64,000 bases of DNA from a virus, in the IMG/VR virus record IMGVR_UViG_3300044655_001596, positions 13,319 through 77,318 of that record. One strand, given 5' to 3'. The notes under the pieces are model-generated. The model was not told the origin of the DNA, did no database searches, and saw nothing but the letters and a program-made list of their open reading frames with translations. Shown one piece after another: positions 29,227 to 38,480 of this stretch (its first letter is position 1; the number at the start of each line of letters is the position of its first letter). Both the position numbers and the translations under genes were made by a program.

Positions 29227-29263
29227 CCACAACGATAGAGTGGCGCTGGAACTCGTAACCAGC
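29227..29263 (+). ncRNA. candidate two-hairpin/pseudoknot RNA element in pstS 3' UTR
   Basis: CCAC/GTGG and GCTGG/CCAGC stems with complementary loops ACGA/TCGT. Confidence 0.35.
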
Positions 29264-29266
29264 AGG

Positions 29267-29294
29267 TACCCCAAAATTTTTGGGGTATTTTTTT
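29267..29294 (+). terminator. intrinsic terminator after pstS
   Basis: TACCCCAAAA/TTTTGGGGTA + T run. Confidence 0.85.
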
Positions 29295-29334
29295 GTCTGT
29301 GTTTAATGATTTGCGCACAGGCTTAAATATCTAT

Positions 29335-29499
29335 ATGAGTTGGTTCAAACGAATTCCACACCGTTATCCCCCAGCCCCGCCTGCCTCTGCTCCGCATAGA
29401 ACTAGTCCTGCTACTGATCGGGCACTAGAAGAGTCCAAGTCGCTGGGTCCAAAAACCCGTAAGAAAACTGTCAAAAAGCCCCCACTAAATAAGGCATGA
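29335..29499 (+). CDS. small basic Pro-rich protein
   Basis: TAAATA box 5 nt before ATG; overlaps next gene. Confidence 0.45.
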   Translation: MSWFKRIPHRYPPAPPASAPHRTSPATDRALEESKSLGPKTRKKTVKKPPLNKA

Positions 29500-30170
29500 A
29501 ACCCACCATAGCCCTATTCCTGCACGACCCCAAGTGTAGTGTACAAAGCGGTAATGGGCTCATGCGAGCCCTGGGCGATCACTACAAGTTCAAAATATTC
29601 GGGCGCAATCAGCTGGAAGACACATTTTTTGAAGATGTAGACATGGTTGCTGTGCCCGGCGGTATTGGTGACGCAGACACCTTTGACGGGCTGTTCAAAC
29701 ACAGTGCCGAACGTGTGAGGCAATTTGTTGACGGTGGTGGCCGGTATCTAGGAATCTGCATGGGCGCATACTGGGCAGGAAGCGCATATCTTGACATCTT
29801 GGATGGGGTAGATGCAGTACAATATATCCGCCGCCCGGGAACAGACACACGCAGACCACATGCCAAAAACTTGCCTGTGTTATGGCAAGATCGTTATGGA
29901 AGTGTTGAGCCTTGGAAGATGTTTTTTTATGATGGGTGTGCGCTGGTGGGAGACCGTACCAAGTTCAAGACTCTGGCCACGTACATGAATGGCGACGCCA
30001 TGGCAATTATACAAAACAACATTGGCCTAATAGGATGTCATCCTGAAAGTGAACAATTCTGGTACGACAGTTACTCATGGATGCGTGGTCGATATCACAG
30101 AGGACAACACCATACCCTGTTGTTGGACTTTGTAGATCAGTTAATGCACACGAAGCCGAGCAAGCCTTAA
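29496..30170 (+). CDS. BPL-N / class I glutamine amidotransferase-like protein
   Basis: VPGG, YLGICMGAY nucleophile elbow, GCHPE. Confidence 0.85.
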   Translation: MKPTIALFLHDPKCSVQSGNGLMRALGDHYKFKIFGRNQLEDTFFEDVDMVAVPGGIGDADTFDGLFKHSAERVRQFVDGGGRYLGICMGAYWAGSAYLDILDGVDAVQYIRRPGTDTRRPHAKNLPVLWQDRYGSVEPWKMFFYDGCALVGDRTKFKTLATYMNGDAMAIIQNNIGLIGCHPESEQFWYDSYSWMRGRYHRGQHHTLLLDFVDQLMHTKPSKP

Positions 30171-30848
30171 CAGTCTAAACAGGCTGAGCCACATCCAGCC
30201 TATGTCAAACTCCCACCACTTTTTAGAGAGGCGGGCACTCGCTGGTTCCAGGTGGTGGTTGTTGTGCAACTCTTCGCCACCAATAACAATACCCCAAGGG
30301 CTAATATTGCGACTATGATCTTTAGTTTTGCCATTACGATATCCTATCCAATGTCCTACACCGTTGATGACTCCAGCTGCCCAGAAAGGAATCCACAGCA
30401 TCTGAATGCCCCAAATCAACACTCCCCACCAACCAAATATCAAGACATCTAGCATAAAGAGAATGCCAATGCCAAGTCTAGAGTGAGGCTGGTATACGTG
30501 AAGCTCCATCCAATCAGCAGGAGTACCAACACCATATGTATTAACCATATCCGTATCTTTTGATGCTTCATGATATAACCCTGCTCCTTTAAAAAACACT
30601 CTTTTGATTCCATACACATGTGGTGAGTGTGGATCTCCATCCGCATCGCTAAATCTATGATGTTTGCGATGTATGGCCACCCACTGTTTGGTTACCATGC
30701 CTGTGGTCAACCATAACCAGGCTCGCATAAAGTGTTCAAGTATGGGATGAAATTCTATGCCTCGATGTGCTTGGCCACGATGCAAATACAACGTGACACA
30801 AACGATAGTAATGTGTGTCATTGCCAGTGTTGCGATTAGTTCTGTCAT
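30141..30848 (-). CDS. membrane fatty-acid (acyl-CoA/lipid) desaturase
   Basis: His boxes HRGQAH, HRKHH, HNNHH; WWEFDIGW. Confidence 0.93.
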   Translation of the reverse strand: MTELIATLAMTHITIVCVTLYLHRGQAHRGIEFHPILEHFMRAWLWLTTGMVTKQWVAIHRKHHRFSDADGDPHSPHVYGIKRVFFKGAGLYHEASKDTDMVNTYGVGTPADWMELHVYQPHSRLGIGILFMLDVLIFGWWGVLIWGIQMLWIPFWAAGVINGVGHWIGYRNGKTKDHSRNISPWGIVIGGEELHNNHHLEPASARLSKKWWEFDIGWMWLSLFRLLRLARLRVH

Positions 30849-30859
30849 AGTTTATTTAA

Positions 30860-30882
30860 TAAAAAAGCCCCTTTCGGGGCTG
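30860..30882. terminator. terminator hairpin for the minus-strand gene
   Basis: AAAAAAGCCCC-TTTC-GGGGCT. Confidence 0.75.
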
Positions 30883-30884
30883 AT

Positions 30885-31136
30885 TTATTTTGCAGGAGTT
30901 TTTCGTGTTCGTGTTGGTCGAGCCGTTGTGGGTTTGGCAGCTGGGGTTGTTTTGGGTTTAGCAGGTGCTCTTGGTTTTTTAATAGGCACAGGTGCTACCA
31001 CTGAAGCTGGTTCCGATGCTGTTTCGATTGGTTTGGGAAACGGCCAATCGGTACCTGGCGTTTCAATTTTGTAAGGTGCCTTGGTCTCCACTGCTGTTGG
31101 TTTGCCAAAAAAGAATTCTTTAATTTTTTGAAACAT
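30885..31136 (-). CDS. Lys/Pro/Ala-rich small protein
   Basis: AGGAGA RBS, TAAATA box upstream; APYKIE motif, histone-like tail. Confidence 0.7.
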   Translation of the reverse strand: MFQKIKEFFFGKPTAVETKAPYKIETPGTDWPFPKPIETASEPASVVAPVPIKKPRAPAKPKTTPAAKPTTARPTRTRKTPAK

Positions 31137-31201
31137 AATGTTCTCCTATGTTGTATTTAACAATTTAGTGACCATTCACTAGGAAAAACCACCGTTTTAT
31201 A

Positions 31202-31291
31202 TTGCATTGCAACAAGATTGTCATATATAATAGTACATAGGACGCTGGATAGGCCGGGTCCTATAGTAAACTCGCTTAATAGGAGAAACAC
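31202..31291 (+). promoter_or_regulatory. promoter with PhaR-like box and ROSE-like leader
   Basis: TGCATTGCAACA over the -35; TATAAT 31226; hairpin ATAGGAC/GTCCTAT; CTCGCTTAATAGGAG. Confidence 0.55.
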
Positions 31292-31570
31292 ATGTTTACA
31301 GCAGACGCATTCATCGACACCGTTCAAACCGGTAAAAAAACTTGGGTCAACACTTTTGTGACCAATGAGGCCATGAAAGACGCAATGATCAAATTCGTTG
31401 ACAACCAAGCCGACTACACCAAAAAAGCCATCAAGGCTACCACAGACGCCGCAACCACTGTTGCCAGCGAAACTGTCAAAGCTGTGCAAGAAGCTACCAA
31501 ATTTGACTATGTGAAATTTGGCGAAGGAATCATGAAGGCTTACACCGCCCAGTCATCTAAATCAAAGTAA
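31292..31570 (+). CDS. phasin-like amphipathic helical protein
   Basis: Ala/Lys/Thr-rich helical 92 aa; PhaR-like box upstream. Confidence 0.6.
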   Translation: MFTADAFIDTVQTGKKTWVNTFVTNEAMKDAMIKFVDNQADYTKKAIKATTDAATTVASETVKAVQEATKFDYVKFGEGIMKAYTAQSSKSK

Positions 31571-31645
31571 TACTCTAGTACTACTTTTTGACAGCCCCAG
31601 ATTTTGGGGCTTTCTCTTGACCAATAATTCGTCATCTGCTATAAT
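31564..31645 (+). promoter_or_regulatory. operator + terminator + sigma70 promoter cassette
   Basis: AAAGTAATACTCTAGTACTAC; AGCCCCA/TGGGGCT hairpin; TTGACC(31617)-17-TATAAT. Confidence 0.85.
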
Positions 31646-31654
31646 TACTGCATT

Positions 31655-31807
31655 ATGAAGCCAATCCATTTTGTTTTGCAGGCTCCCCGAGAGCGTCGAC
31701 ATCGTGCCCTGTTTGATCAGGACTTGCCGTTCCGCGGTCGTGTGGAGCGGCCAAAGACCGAGTATCGGCGCAGACCCAAACACAAGAATCGCGAGCAACA
31801 AGAATGA
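31655..31807 (+). CDS. ArfA-like microprotein (50 aa, not in ORF track)
   Basis: RALFDQDLPFRGRVERPKTEYRRRPKHKN resembles the ArfA core [28 protein letters not shown]. Confidence 0.55.
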   Translation: MKPIHFVLQAPRERRHRALFDQDLPFRGRVERPKTEYRRRPKHKNREQQE

Positions 31808-32049
31808 AACTTATTGCACCTCTATTGCTGTCGTTGTTGGTGGGTTGCGCTTCGCAATCTTACACACCGCCACCTTCTGTTGCGGCCATGCCCAATGACT
31901 GTGCCAACCGGCAGGCAATCATCAGTTGGTTAGAAACACAAGCCCGAGTTCCTCGTCAAGCATTTGAAAGTGAGAAGCACTATGAACAAACACGCTCGCA
32001 GATTCGCCACCGTTTGTGGCATGTGCGTTATAACTGTCAGCCTGTTTAG
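31804..32049 (+). CDS. lipoprotein
   Basis: Lipobox LVGC; additional Cys pair. Confidence 0.75.
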   Translation: MKLIAPLLLSLLVGCASQSYTPPPSVAAMPNDCANRQAIISWLETQARVPRQAFESEKHYEQTRSQIRHRLWHVRYNCQPV

Positions 32050-32305
32050 TGGATGTGCAACTCATCCAGATGTCACACGCATACCCATGGCCACAATAGA
32101 TCTCAATCACTTTCAAGTTGATTGTAGGATCAAAGATCAACAGGTGGCCATGTTGCAAGCCATGCGCCAAACACCCAACGAACAATTTGGCAGTCGCATG
32201 CGAGCCATGAATCCTTTTGTTTGGACCAGTGATCATGATGTGGCATTCAACAATCCCAACAAGTACATCAACTACCATCTCAACAATTTGAGGTATTGCC
32301 CATGA
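31982..32305 (+). CDS. lipoprotein
   Basis: Lipobox FSGC; DC...YC Cys pair like the preceding gene. Confidence 0.65.
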   Translation: MNKHARRFATVCGMCVITVSLFSGCATHPDVTRIPMATIDLNHFQVDCRIKDQQVAMLQAMRQTPNEQFGSRMRAMNPFVWTSDHDVAFNNPNKYINYHLNNLRYCP

Positions 32306-32862
32306 AACGACTGCTAATTGCCGCATTGATACCTGCCAGTGTACTGGCGTCCGAGTGTGTGTTGCAGGATCGAACCGTGACTGCCAGTGCAGTTCGCATT
32401 GAAGAACGATCTGGTCTTCGCGAAGATGTTGTTCCTGCACCCGACGGAGGCCGTAGATGCATGGTCAATTTTAAAGCACGAGTTGGTGCCACTTGGTATT
32501 GGGCACAAGGCCATTATGATTGGCCCGGCGATCGCCCACGTGGTGAAGCCTGTGCTGTGGCTGTGTCGCGAGCCGAAGATTCAGTTCGAACACAAGTGGC
32601 GCCCAGTCATGTGCGTAGTGAAAAGGTAATGGTGTGTTCGGACCAACGCGATCTGGAACTGCTTCGCAGTACCAATCCCGGCAGCGTAGGACGACTGCAC
32701 CAATTTCGTCCGCATCCAGACTTTCCGCGAGAGTTTTGGCACAATGGTGCTCGCTGTCGCTGGTTTTTGGATAGCACTTTTCGACATCAAGATGTCTACA
32801 CCTACCAAGGCGTAATTTGCCAAATCCAAAAGGATCAATGGGTAGTGGTTGACAAGTTTTGA
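32302..32862 (+). CDS. secreted Cys-rich protein
   Basis: Signal peptide MKRLLIAALIPASVLA; six Cys. Confidence 0.7.
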   Translation: MKRLLIAALIPASVLASECVLQDRTVTASAVRIEERSGLREDVVPAPDGGRRCMVNFKARVGATWYWAQGHYDWPGDRPRGEACAVAVSRAEDSVRTQVAPSHVRSEKVMVCSDQRDLELLRSTNPGSVGRLHQFRPHPDFPREFWHNGARCRWFLDSTFRHQDVYTYQGVICQIQKDQWVVVDKF

Positions 32863-32911
32863 TCATTTGTGTATAATAGAAGTATCGTGTAACTAACCTG
32901 AAAGGTTTTGT

Positions 32912-33730
32912 ATGTTAATCAAACGTTTATCTGTCCTAGCAGTGGCCACAAGCCTTGTGGCATGTGCAAGCACAACGGCACAAAAAGCCGAAACTGTGGC
33001 TCCCGCTCCGGTGACCCGTGTGGTTGAAATAGCACCGCAAGTGGCGCCTGCACCACACCCTTATGCCTTGCCTGAACGGCAAGTTCGCACAGTGGTACGA
33101 GCTCCTGCTTGGTTCGTGAACTTGCCCGAAGATACCGCAGACATGACCTTTGCTGTGGGCACTGCAACATCAACGGATGAGCAAATGGCCTACGACAAAG
33201 CACGTATGGCTGCAGAGCGCAAACTGGTTGAGCAGATGTATGCTAGAATTACCACACAGACCAACAGCTTCAAAGCTGATCGTGGCAGTGCAACAATTGA
33301 AAACTACCAGCAAGTCACACGCAAAAATGCACGTGGTGAGCTGAGTGGTGCTCAACGAGTAGACAGTCAAGTCACACATGATGGGCAATACTACAAGGTC
33401 TATGTACTATTGCGATTGCCTACAGGCGCCAACAACACAATGCAAACACGTCGTGATCAACAACGTCTGCAACGTGAAGCAGAAATCCGCGGTCGCGCCG
33501 CAGAACGCAACATGGACGCAACCGAAGCTCGTGATGCGCAGATTGAGCAAGAAAATACTCGCTCACTTGAGCGTAGTCTTGAACCCCAGAGCAAAGTTAC
33601 CCCTGTAACTGTACCCACAACGTCTGGAGAACTTAAACTGCTGGATGTTGACAACGCTGAATATCGGCAAAAAAGGGCAGAAGCACTACAAAAACCTGGT
33701 GCTGTAGTAGGACAAACAGTAGTTAGATAA
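32912..33730 (+). CDS. LPP20-like lipoprotein
   Basis: Lipobox LVAC; PAWF...AVGTATS...AYDKARMAA...YKVYVL; own promoter TTGACA(32849)-17-TATAAT. Confidence 0.75.
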   Translation: MLIKRLSVLAVATSLVACASTTAQKAETVAPAPVTRVVEIAPQVAPAPHPYALPERQVRTVVRAPAWFVNLPEDTADMTFAVGTATSTDEQMAYDKARMAAERKLVEQMYARITTQTNSFKADRGSATIENYQQVTRKNARGELSGAQRVDSQVTHDGQYYKVYVLLRLPTGANNTMQTRRDQQRLQREAEIRGRAAERNMDATEARDAQIEQENTRSLERSLEPQSKVTPVTVPTTSGELKLLDVDNAEYRQKRAEALQKPGAVVGQTVVR

Positions 33731-33789
33731 GCCCAAAAACGGCGTATAAATAAAAGCGGTGCTAAAAACACCGCTTTCTCCACTTTAAA

Positions 33790-34365
33790 ATGACCATTGA
33801 AACCACACAAACAATTGAGCAGACTCACACCCAAGCCTTGGCCGACAACGGTATGTATGTTTTCATGGGCGAGGTTGACAATGACAACATCAAACCTATA
33901 ATTGAATGGATCCTGCACGAGAACTTTGTGACCAAGAGAAAACGCAAAGAACTCTTGCTGATGATTTGCTCAGAAGGTGGGGACATGAGTTCGGCATTTG
34001 CCTTGATTGATGTCATGCGCAGTTCTGTCATTCCAATCAAAGTTGTGGGACTGGGGCAGATTGCCAGTGCTGGATTATTGATCTTTTTAGCAGGAACACC
34101 GGGTCGTAGAACGCTCACTCCCAATACATCAATCATGAGTCACCAGTATGCCTGGGGCAGTGATGGCAAACATCACGAGCTGTTGGCCACAATTAAAGAG
34201 TTTGAGCTAACACAAACCCGTATGGTACAGCACTACATAGATTGTACAGGGTTAGATGAAGCCCAAATCAAGCAACACCTGTTGCCACCGCATGATGTTT
34301 ATTTAGGTGCAGACGATGCCTTGCGTTTGGGCATTTGCGACCATATCAGCCAACTGTCTCGTTAA
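33790..34365 (+). CDS. ClpP-like protease (divergent paralog)
   Basis: SEGG, GQIASAG (Ser), MSHQ (His), HDVYL (Asp); TATAAATA upstream. Confidence 0.9.
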   Translation: MTIETTQTIEQTHTQALADNGMYVFMGEVDNDNIKPIIEWILHENFVTKRKRKELLLMICSEGGDMSSAFALIDVMRSSVIPIKVVGLGQIASAGLLIFLAGTPGRRTLTPNTSIMSHQYAWGSDGKHHELLATIKEFELTQTRMVQHYIDCTGLDEAQIKQHLLPPHDVYLGADDALRLGICDHISQLSR

Positions 34366-35936
34366 CCTTTTTTCCGACGTCCCAACGTCTTTTCGTCAAA
34401 GTCGGGCTGTGTGGCTTTCCTTGATGCTTTGGCGCCTGGGCCAGTCAATCTAGGCTCCTTGCCCACCTGATTCAAATCATCAGTATCGAGTTTTGCTGGC
34501 TCTGCTTGACCTGCTGGCATGTTGCCGGGCTCGGTGATATCTTCCCCGCCGGGTGAAAACTCCACACTCATTTTACCCTTGATTTCACCTGCTGAACCCT
34601 TGGTCTTGAGCTTGACCTGACCGCTGATCTTGGCTGGCCAAAATGCTTCGGTTACCAGTCGGTCGCCTTTGACTTTGCTGTATAGTTGCACAAAGTTGTA
34701 GCCTAAACTTTCAATCAAGGCCGCTCGCAATTCTGGCACAGCACGATCAGTGTTTACAGCTCGCATCACATCGCTAATGGTAGCATACCATGCTTTGCCG
34801 CCATCAGTTGCAGTGCCGTCTTTGACTTTGTCACTGAGTTGCTGGTTGAACTGTCTCATCACACTAGCAGGTAAAGATTGGCCAGTTTTAAAACTTCTTT
34901 CGTATTCGGCGACCGAGTCTGGTGTAAACGGAATCAAAGGATGATAGGCCTTGGGAACCTTGTTGGAATTCAACATGTATAGATAGTTCATCATGGCAAA
35001 TGGCTGAGTAAACTGTCCCAATGTGTCATCTTGTGCAATATCCAAGAATTCGGCAGCATCGGGGTATTTTTCTCTGACTTCGTTGGGTAACTTCATGCTG
35101 CCTAAACTGGGCGGAGCACCTGTTCCCGCGGCCTTACTGGAAATCTTAATCGCATGACCGTTTTCGTCATTAACCACACTAAAACTGTCGGCCAAGGGAT
35201 TGTTGCTGGCCTTGGGAAAGTACATGATCAAGTCATCAAAATTAGCGCCCACAAATTCTTCAAACTCTTGCTTACTACCACGAATAAACGGAACAGTACC
35301 GCGAACCAGTCCTAACGCACCAAGATACTCGCTGGCGTACAACTCAATTGCTTTGATTTCATCCTTTGATAGATTGGACGGAAACATCGGAATCTGTCCG
35401 TCATTGACCTGTCGAGCCATGTATATCACAGCATCACCAACCTTGCCTAGCTTTTGTAAATCTGGATTGTTGGCCAAGCGATCATACATTTCTGCTGCTG
35501 GGAAACCACCAGCCTGTAGCACAGTGTTCATGCTGTTGCCAAAGTCTTGAATTTCAATGTCTGTTGTGTTGAACACCTGACTGGGTTTGATGCTGATGTT
35601 TTCTGCTTCTTTGCTGCCAAACTCCACGGTTTTCAACAGCTCGGTATTTTTGACTGTGCCACCATCCTTGGTGTTCATGGTTATGGTTTTTTTTGGGCCA
35701 GTTGCAATCCAAGCTGCTACACTATTGACTTCTGAAGGATCCACAATGACTTCGCCGCCACTGACCAAGGTAAATGGTGAACCAGTTTGAACCTTGTGCA
35801 AAAATAGATCACCTCTAGAAAAAGGCTTCTTTGTAGCAGGATTGATCACTGAACTCATCTTGTTTGGAGGGATTTCACTGGCAGCCAAGTTGGCTTCAGT
35901 CAGTACATTGTCGAGTAAATTGAGTAGGTCACGCAT
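34362..35936 (-). CDS. putative PD-(D/E)XK-type nuclease with N-terminal leader
   Basis: YASEYLG...NPLADSF...IKISSK; N-terminus [15 protein letters not shown]. Confidence 0.5.
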   Translation of the reverse strand: MRDLLNLLDNVLTEANLAASEIPPNKMSSVINPATKKPFSRGDLFLHKVQTGSPFTLVSGGEVIVDPSEVNSVAAWIATGPKKTITMNTKDGGTVKNTELLKTVEFGSKEAENISIKPSQVFNTTDIEIQDFGNSMNTVLQAGGFPAAEMYDRLANNPDLQKLGKVGDAVIYMARQVNDGQIPMFPSNLSKDEIKAIELYASEYLGALGLVRGTVPFIRGSKQEFEEFVGANFDDLIMYFPKASNNPLADSFSVVNDENGHAIKISSKAAGTGAPPSLGSMKLPNEVREKYPDAAEFLDIAQDDTLGQFTQPFAMMNYLYMLNSNKVPKAYHPLIPFTPDSVAEYERSFKTGQSLPASVMRQFNQQLSDKVKDGTATDGGKAWYATISDVMRAVNTDRAVPELRAALIESLGYNFVQLYSKVKGDRLVTEAFWPAKISGQVKLKTKGSAGEIKGKMSVEFSPGGEDITEPGNMPAGQAEPAKLDTDDLNQVGKEPRLTGPGAKASRKATQPDFDEKTLGRRKKG

Positions 35937-35987
35937 TGCTATTTTCCAAGAATAATGTTATACTTATGCTTTGAACAAGGAGACCCC

Positions 35988-36581
35988 ATGCCAAATCTAG
36001 TACCAATTGTGCTTGAACAAACCGCCAAAGGCGAACGCAGTTATGATATCTACAGCCGATTGCTCAAAGACCGTGTGATCATGCTGGACACAGAAGTATC
36101 GGAACACACAGCCAGTTTGCTGGTAGCACAGATGCTGTTTTTGGAGAGTGAAAACCCTGACAAAGATATCTCCCTATATATCAATTCGCCAGGCGGATCG
36201 GTCACAGCAGGCATGGCCATCTATGACACCATGCAGTTTATCAAGTGTGATGTGCAGACCATTGTGATGGGTCAGGCCTGTAGTATGGGAAGTCTGCTAA
36301 GTACAGCAGGAGCCGCAGGCAAGCGCACGATCCTGCCCAATGCCCGACACATGATTCACCAACCATCAGGTGGTGCTCGTGGGCAAGCTACAGACATCCA
36401 AATCCAAGCACGAGAAATCCAAAAGATGAAAGAGTATCTCACCACAATCTATGTCAAGCACAACTCAGCAGGTAAAACCTATGATGAATTTGCTCGTGAC
36501 ATGGAACGTGATTTCTTTATGAGTGCTCAAGAAGCCTTGGACTATGGACTAGTAGATAAAATTATCAACAAACGAGAATGA
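35988..36581 (+). CDS. clpP: ATP-dependent Clp protease proteolytic subunit ClpP
   Basis: [38 protein letters not shown]; AAGGAG RBS. Confidence 0.97.
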   Translation: MPNLVPIVLEQTAKGERSYDIYSRLLKDRVIMLDTEVSEHTASLLVAQMLFLESENPDKDISLYINSPGGSVTAGMAIYDTMQFIKCDVQTIVMGQACSMGSLLSTAGAAGKRTILPNARHMIHQPSGGARGQATDIQIQAREIQKMKEYLTTIYVKHNSAGKTYDEFARDMERDFFMSAQEALDYGLVDKIINKRE

Positions 36582-37852
36582 GTTTAAAAGAAACGTTTTG
36601 TTCCAGCCCCTGGTTCCACATGAGAATCAACAATGCTGGACATTATGAATACTGTCGTTGGGCCACAAAAGATCAACACGATCCTGCCAATAACATTTAT
36701 GATGTAACGCCAGTTGAGTTTTTTCAGCAACACATGATTCCAATCAGGCAACAGTTACTCAACGGAGAGTCTCCGGCAGGGTGTTTGGAATGCACACACA
36801 TGGAACAGCATGGCAAGATCAGCGGCCGGCAGAAACAACTACTCAAGACAGGCGTACGACTAGAGCAGTTTGAAAAAACACTGGCGTCCGGTCCTTGGAT
36901 GACTGAATTTGCTCAACATGGCACAACGTCTCAAATGCCACAAGATTGGCAAATAGATCTTGGCAACTATTGCAACAGTGCCTGTATTTTTTGTACCCCG
37001 CGCTGGAGTTCTCGGCTTGCTACAGAATTTAAAAAAATAGGCATTGTTGACTCAATGCCTCCGCCAAACTGGACTGACAATCCTGCTTTGGTGCAAGAAT
37101 TAATAGATGCACTGATTGCAAGCCCAAACATACAATACCTACATTTCATTGGTGGTGAAACACTGATTACTCCTGCATTCAAAATCATTCTTGAAGCACT
37201 GATCCAAGCCGGGTTGCATCAGAGTGCTACCATTGGCCTAACCACAAATTTGAGTGTGTGGCGAGATGATGTTGTTGAGCTACTAAAACAATTTCAAGGA
37301 GTAAACCTTGGAATGAGTGTGGAAAGTTTCAAGATCATCAACGACTATGTGAGATATCCTGTGTGTTTGCCAACTGTGTTTGAAAATTTAGATCGATGGA
37401 TCAAAATTGGCAAGCAACAAAACTGGTGGTTGCAATTTAGAATCACACCCACTGCACTCACAGTTGGGCACATGTTGGGTGTTTACCAATATGCCTGGCA
37501 TCATAACATTGCTGTGGAAAGTTGTGATTTTTTTAATGAACCTAAATTTCTACGTCCGGCAGTGTTGCCCGGGGAATACAGACAACGCATCATCGCAGAG
37601 CTACAGACCTGGATTGATCATCATCCTGTTGATGACGGTGTTGTGTTGAATATTCGAAACCCCAATGTTGCTCGACAACAGATTGTGCAAGATCTGCAGA
37701 GTTATGTAAATTACTTGAAATCAGAACCAGACCAAAGTTGGAGATTGCCCGACTTGGTTGAATATTTAAAACGACTAGAATCAAGTAGAAGCAATAGTGT
37801 GCTGACTTACCTACCGGAATATGAAGAACTTTTTAGATCTGCTGGCTACTGA
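36578..37852 (+). CDS. radical SAM protein with N-terminal SPASM/twitch-like domain
   Basis: [12 protein letters not shown]; N-terminal FCSSPW..YC..C..C. Confidence 0.9.
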   Translation: MSLKETFCSSPWFHMRINNAGHYEYCRWATKDQHDPANNIYDVTPVEFFQQHMIPIRQQLLNGESPAGCLECTHMEQHGKISGRQKQLLKTGVRLEQFEKTLASGPWMTEFAQHGTTSQMPQDWQIDLGNYCNSACIFCTPRWSSRLATEFKKIGIVDSMPPPNWTDNPALVQELIDALIASPNIQYLHFIGGETLITPAFKIILEALIQAGLHQSATIGLTTNLSVWRDDVVELLKQFQGVNLGMSVESFKIINDYVRYPVCLPTVFENLDRWIKIGKQQNWWLQFRITPTALTVGHMLGVYQYAWHHNIAVESCDFFNEPKFLRPAVLPGEYRQRIIAELQTWIDHHPVDDGVVLNIRNPNVARQQIVQDLQSYVNYLKSEPDQSWRLPDLVEYLKRLESSRSNSVLTYLPEYEELFRSAGY

Positions 37853-38075
37853 GTTACAATTAGAGATTGTCACAGACGGCAAGATCACTCATGCTGGCCT
37901 GCATGACCCGTTGATTTTTAATACAACCAAGTGCAATACTGTTATTGTTGACGGTATTGAAATACTGCCCAAATATCAAGACTTGGTCAACAACAAGGTT
38001 TTGATAATTCGTGAACCATTTTATCAATGGTATCACCGAGTATCAGGGCAAGGTTGGTTGCTGACCCCGCACTAG
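37821..38075 (+). CDS. hypothetical protein
   Basis: Overlaps radical SAM end; PFYQWYH..GQGWLL. Confidence 0.6.
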   Translation: MKNFLDLLATELQLEIVTDGKITHAGLHDPLIFNTTKCNTVIVDGIEILPKYQDLVNNKVLIIREPFYQWYHRVSGQGWLLTPH

Positions 38076-38134
38076 GGATGAACTTCCCAGCCTTCTCGAG
38101 CCCAACGATACAGCATTAATAGGTCTGCAATCAT
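38072..38134 (-). CDS. 20-aa micropeptide (not in ORF track)
   Basis: MIADLLMLYRWAREGWEVHP; ATGA overlap with upstream ORF. Confidence 0.35.
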   Translation of the reverse strand: MIADLLMLYRWAREGWEVHP

Positions 38135-38250
38135 TTTAAGTACAAGGCCTTGGCTTCGATTATTCTTCCTTGTCTAGCCAGTACTGAGGCTGCACGGGCT
38201 TGACCCATGGCTTCAAAAAATTTCCAAAATCCCTGTAGAACTTGTTTCAT
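38131..38250 (-). CDS. 39-aa microprotein (not in ORF track)
   Basis: MKQVLQGFWKFFEAMGQARAASVLARQG; GGAGG RBS, ATGA overlap. Confidence 0.65.
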   Translation of the reverse strand: MKQVLQGFWKFFEAMGQARAASVLARQGRIIEAKALYLK

Positions 38251-38408
38251 ACGTAACCTCCAGATTGTTTTTGATAATACTGACGTTCAAAGTACTCAAC
38301 GTCGGCTGTGGACTTGGGGTAATGGCTGGAGATGTAACGTTCTAAACGGGATTGGTAATCCTGTCGAGGAAACATCTCGGCCAATCTTTTTAAGATTTCT
38401 GCTAACAT
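38247..38408 (-). CDS. DUF3563-like microprotein (53 aa, not in ORF track)
   Basis: LERYISSHYPKSTADVEYFERQY; AAGGAG RBS and TAAATA box upstream. Confidence 0.7.
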   Translation of the reverse strand: MLAEILKRLAEMFPRQDYQSRLERYISSHYPKSTADVEYFERQYYQKQSGGYV

Positions 38409-38480
38409 GATATTGTCTCCTTCTCAGTATTTACCACTAGTGGTTTCTACTTATATTATATTATTATCACAATCGCTAGG

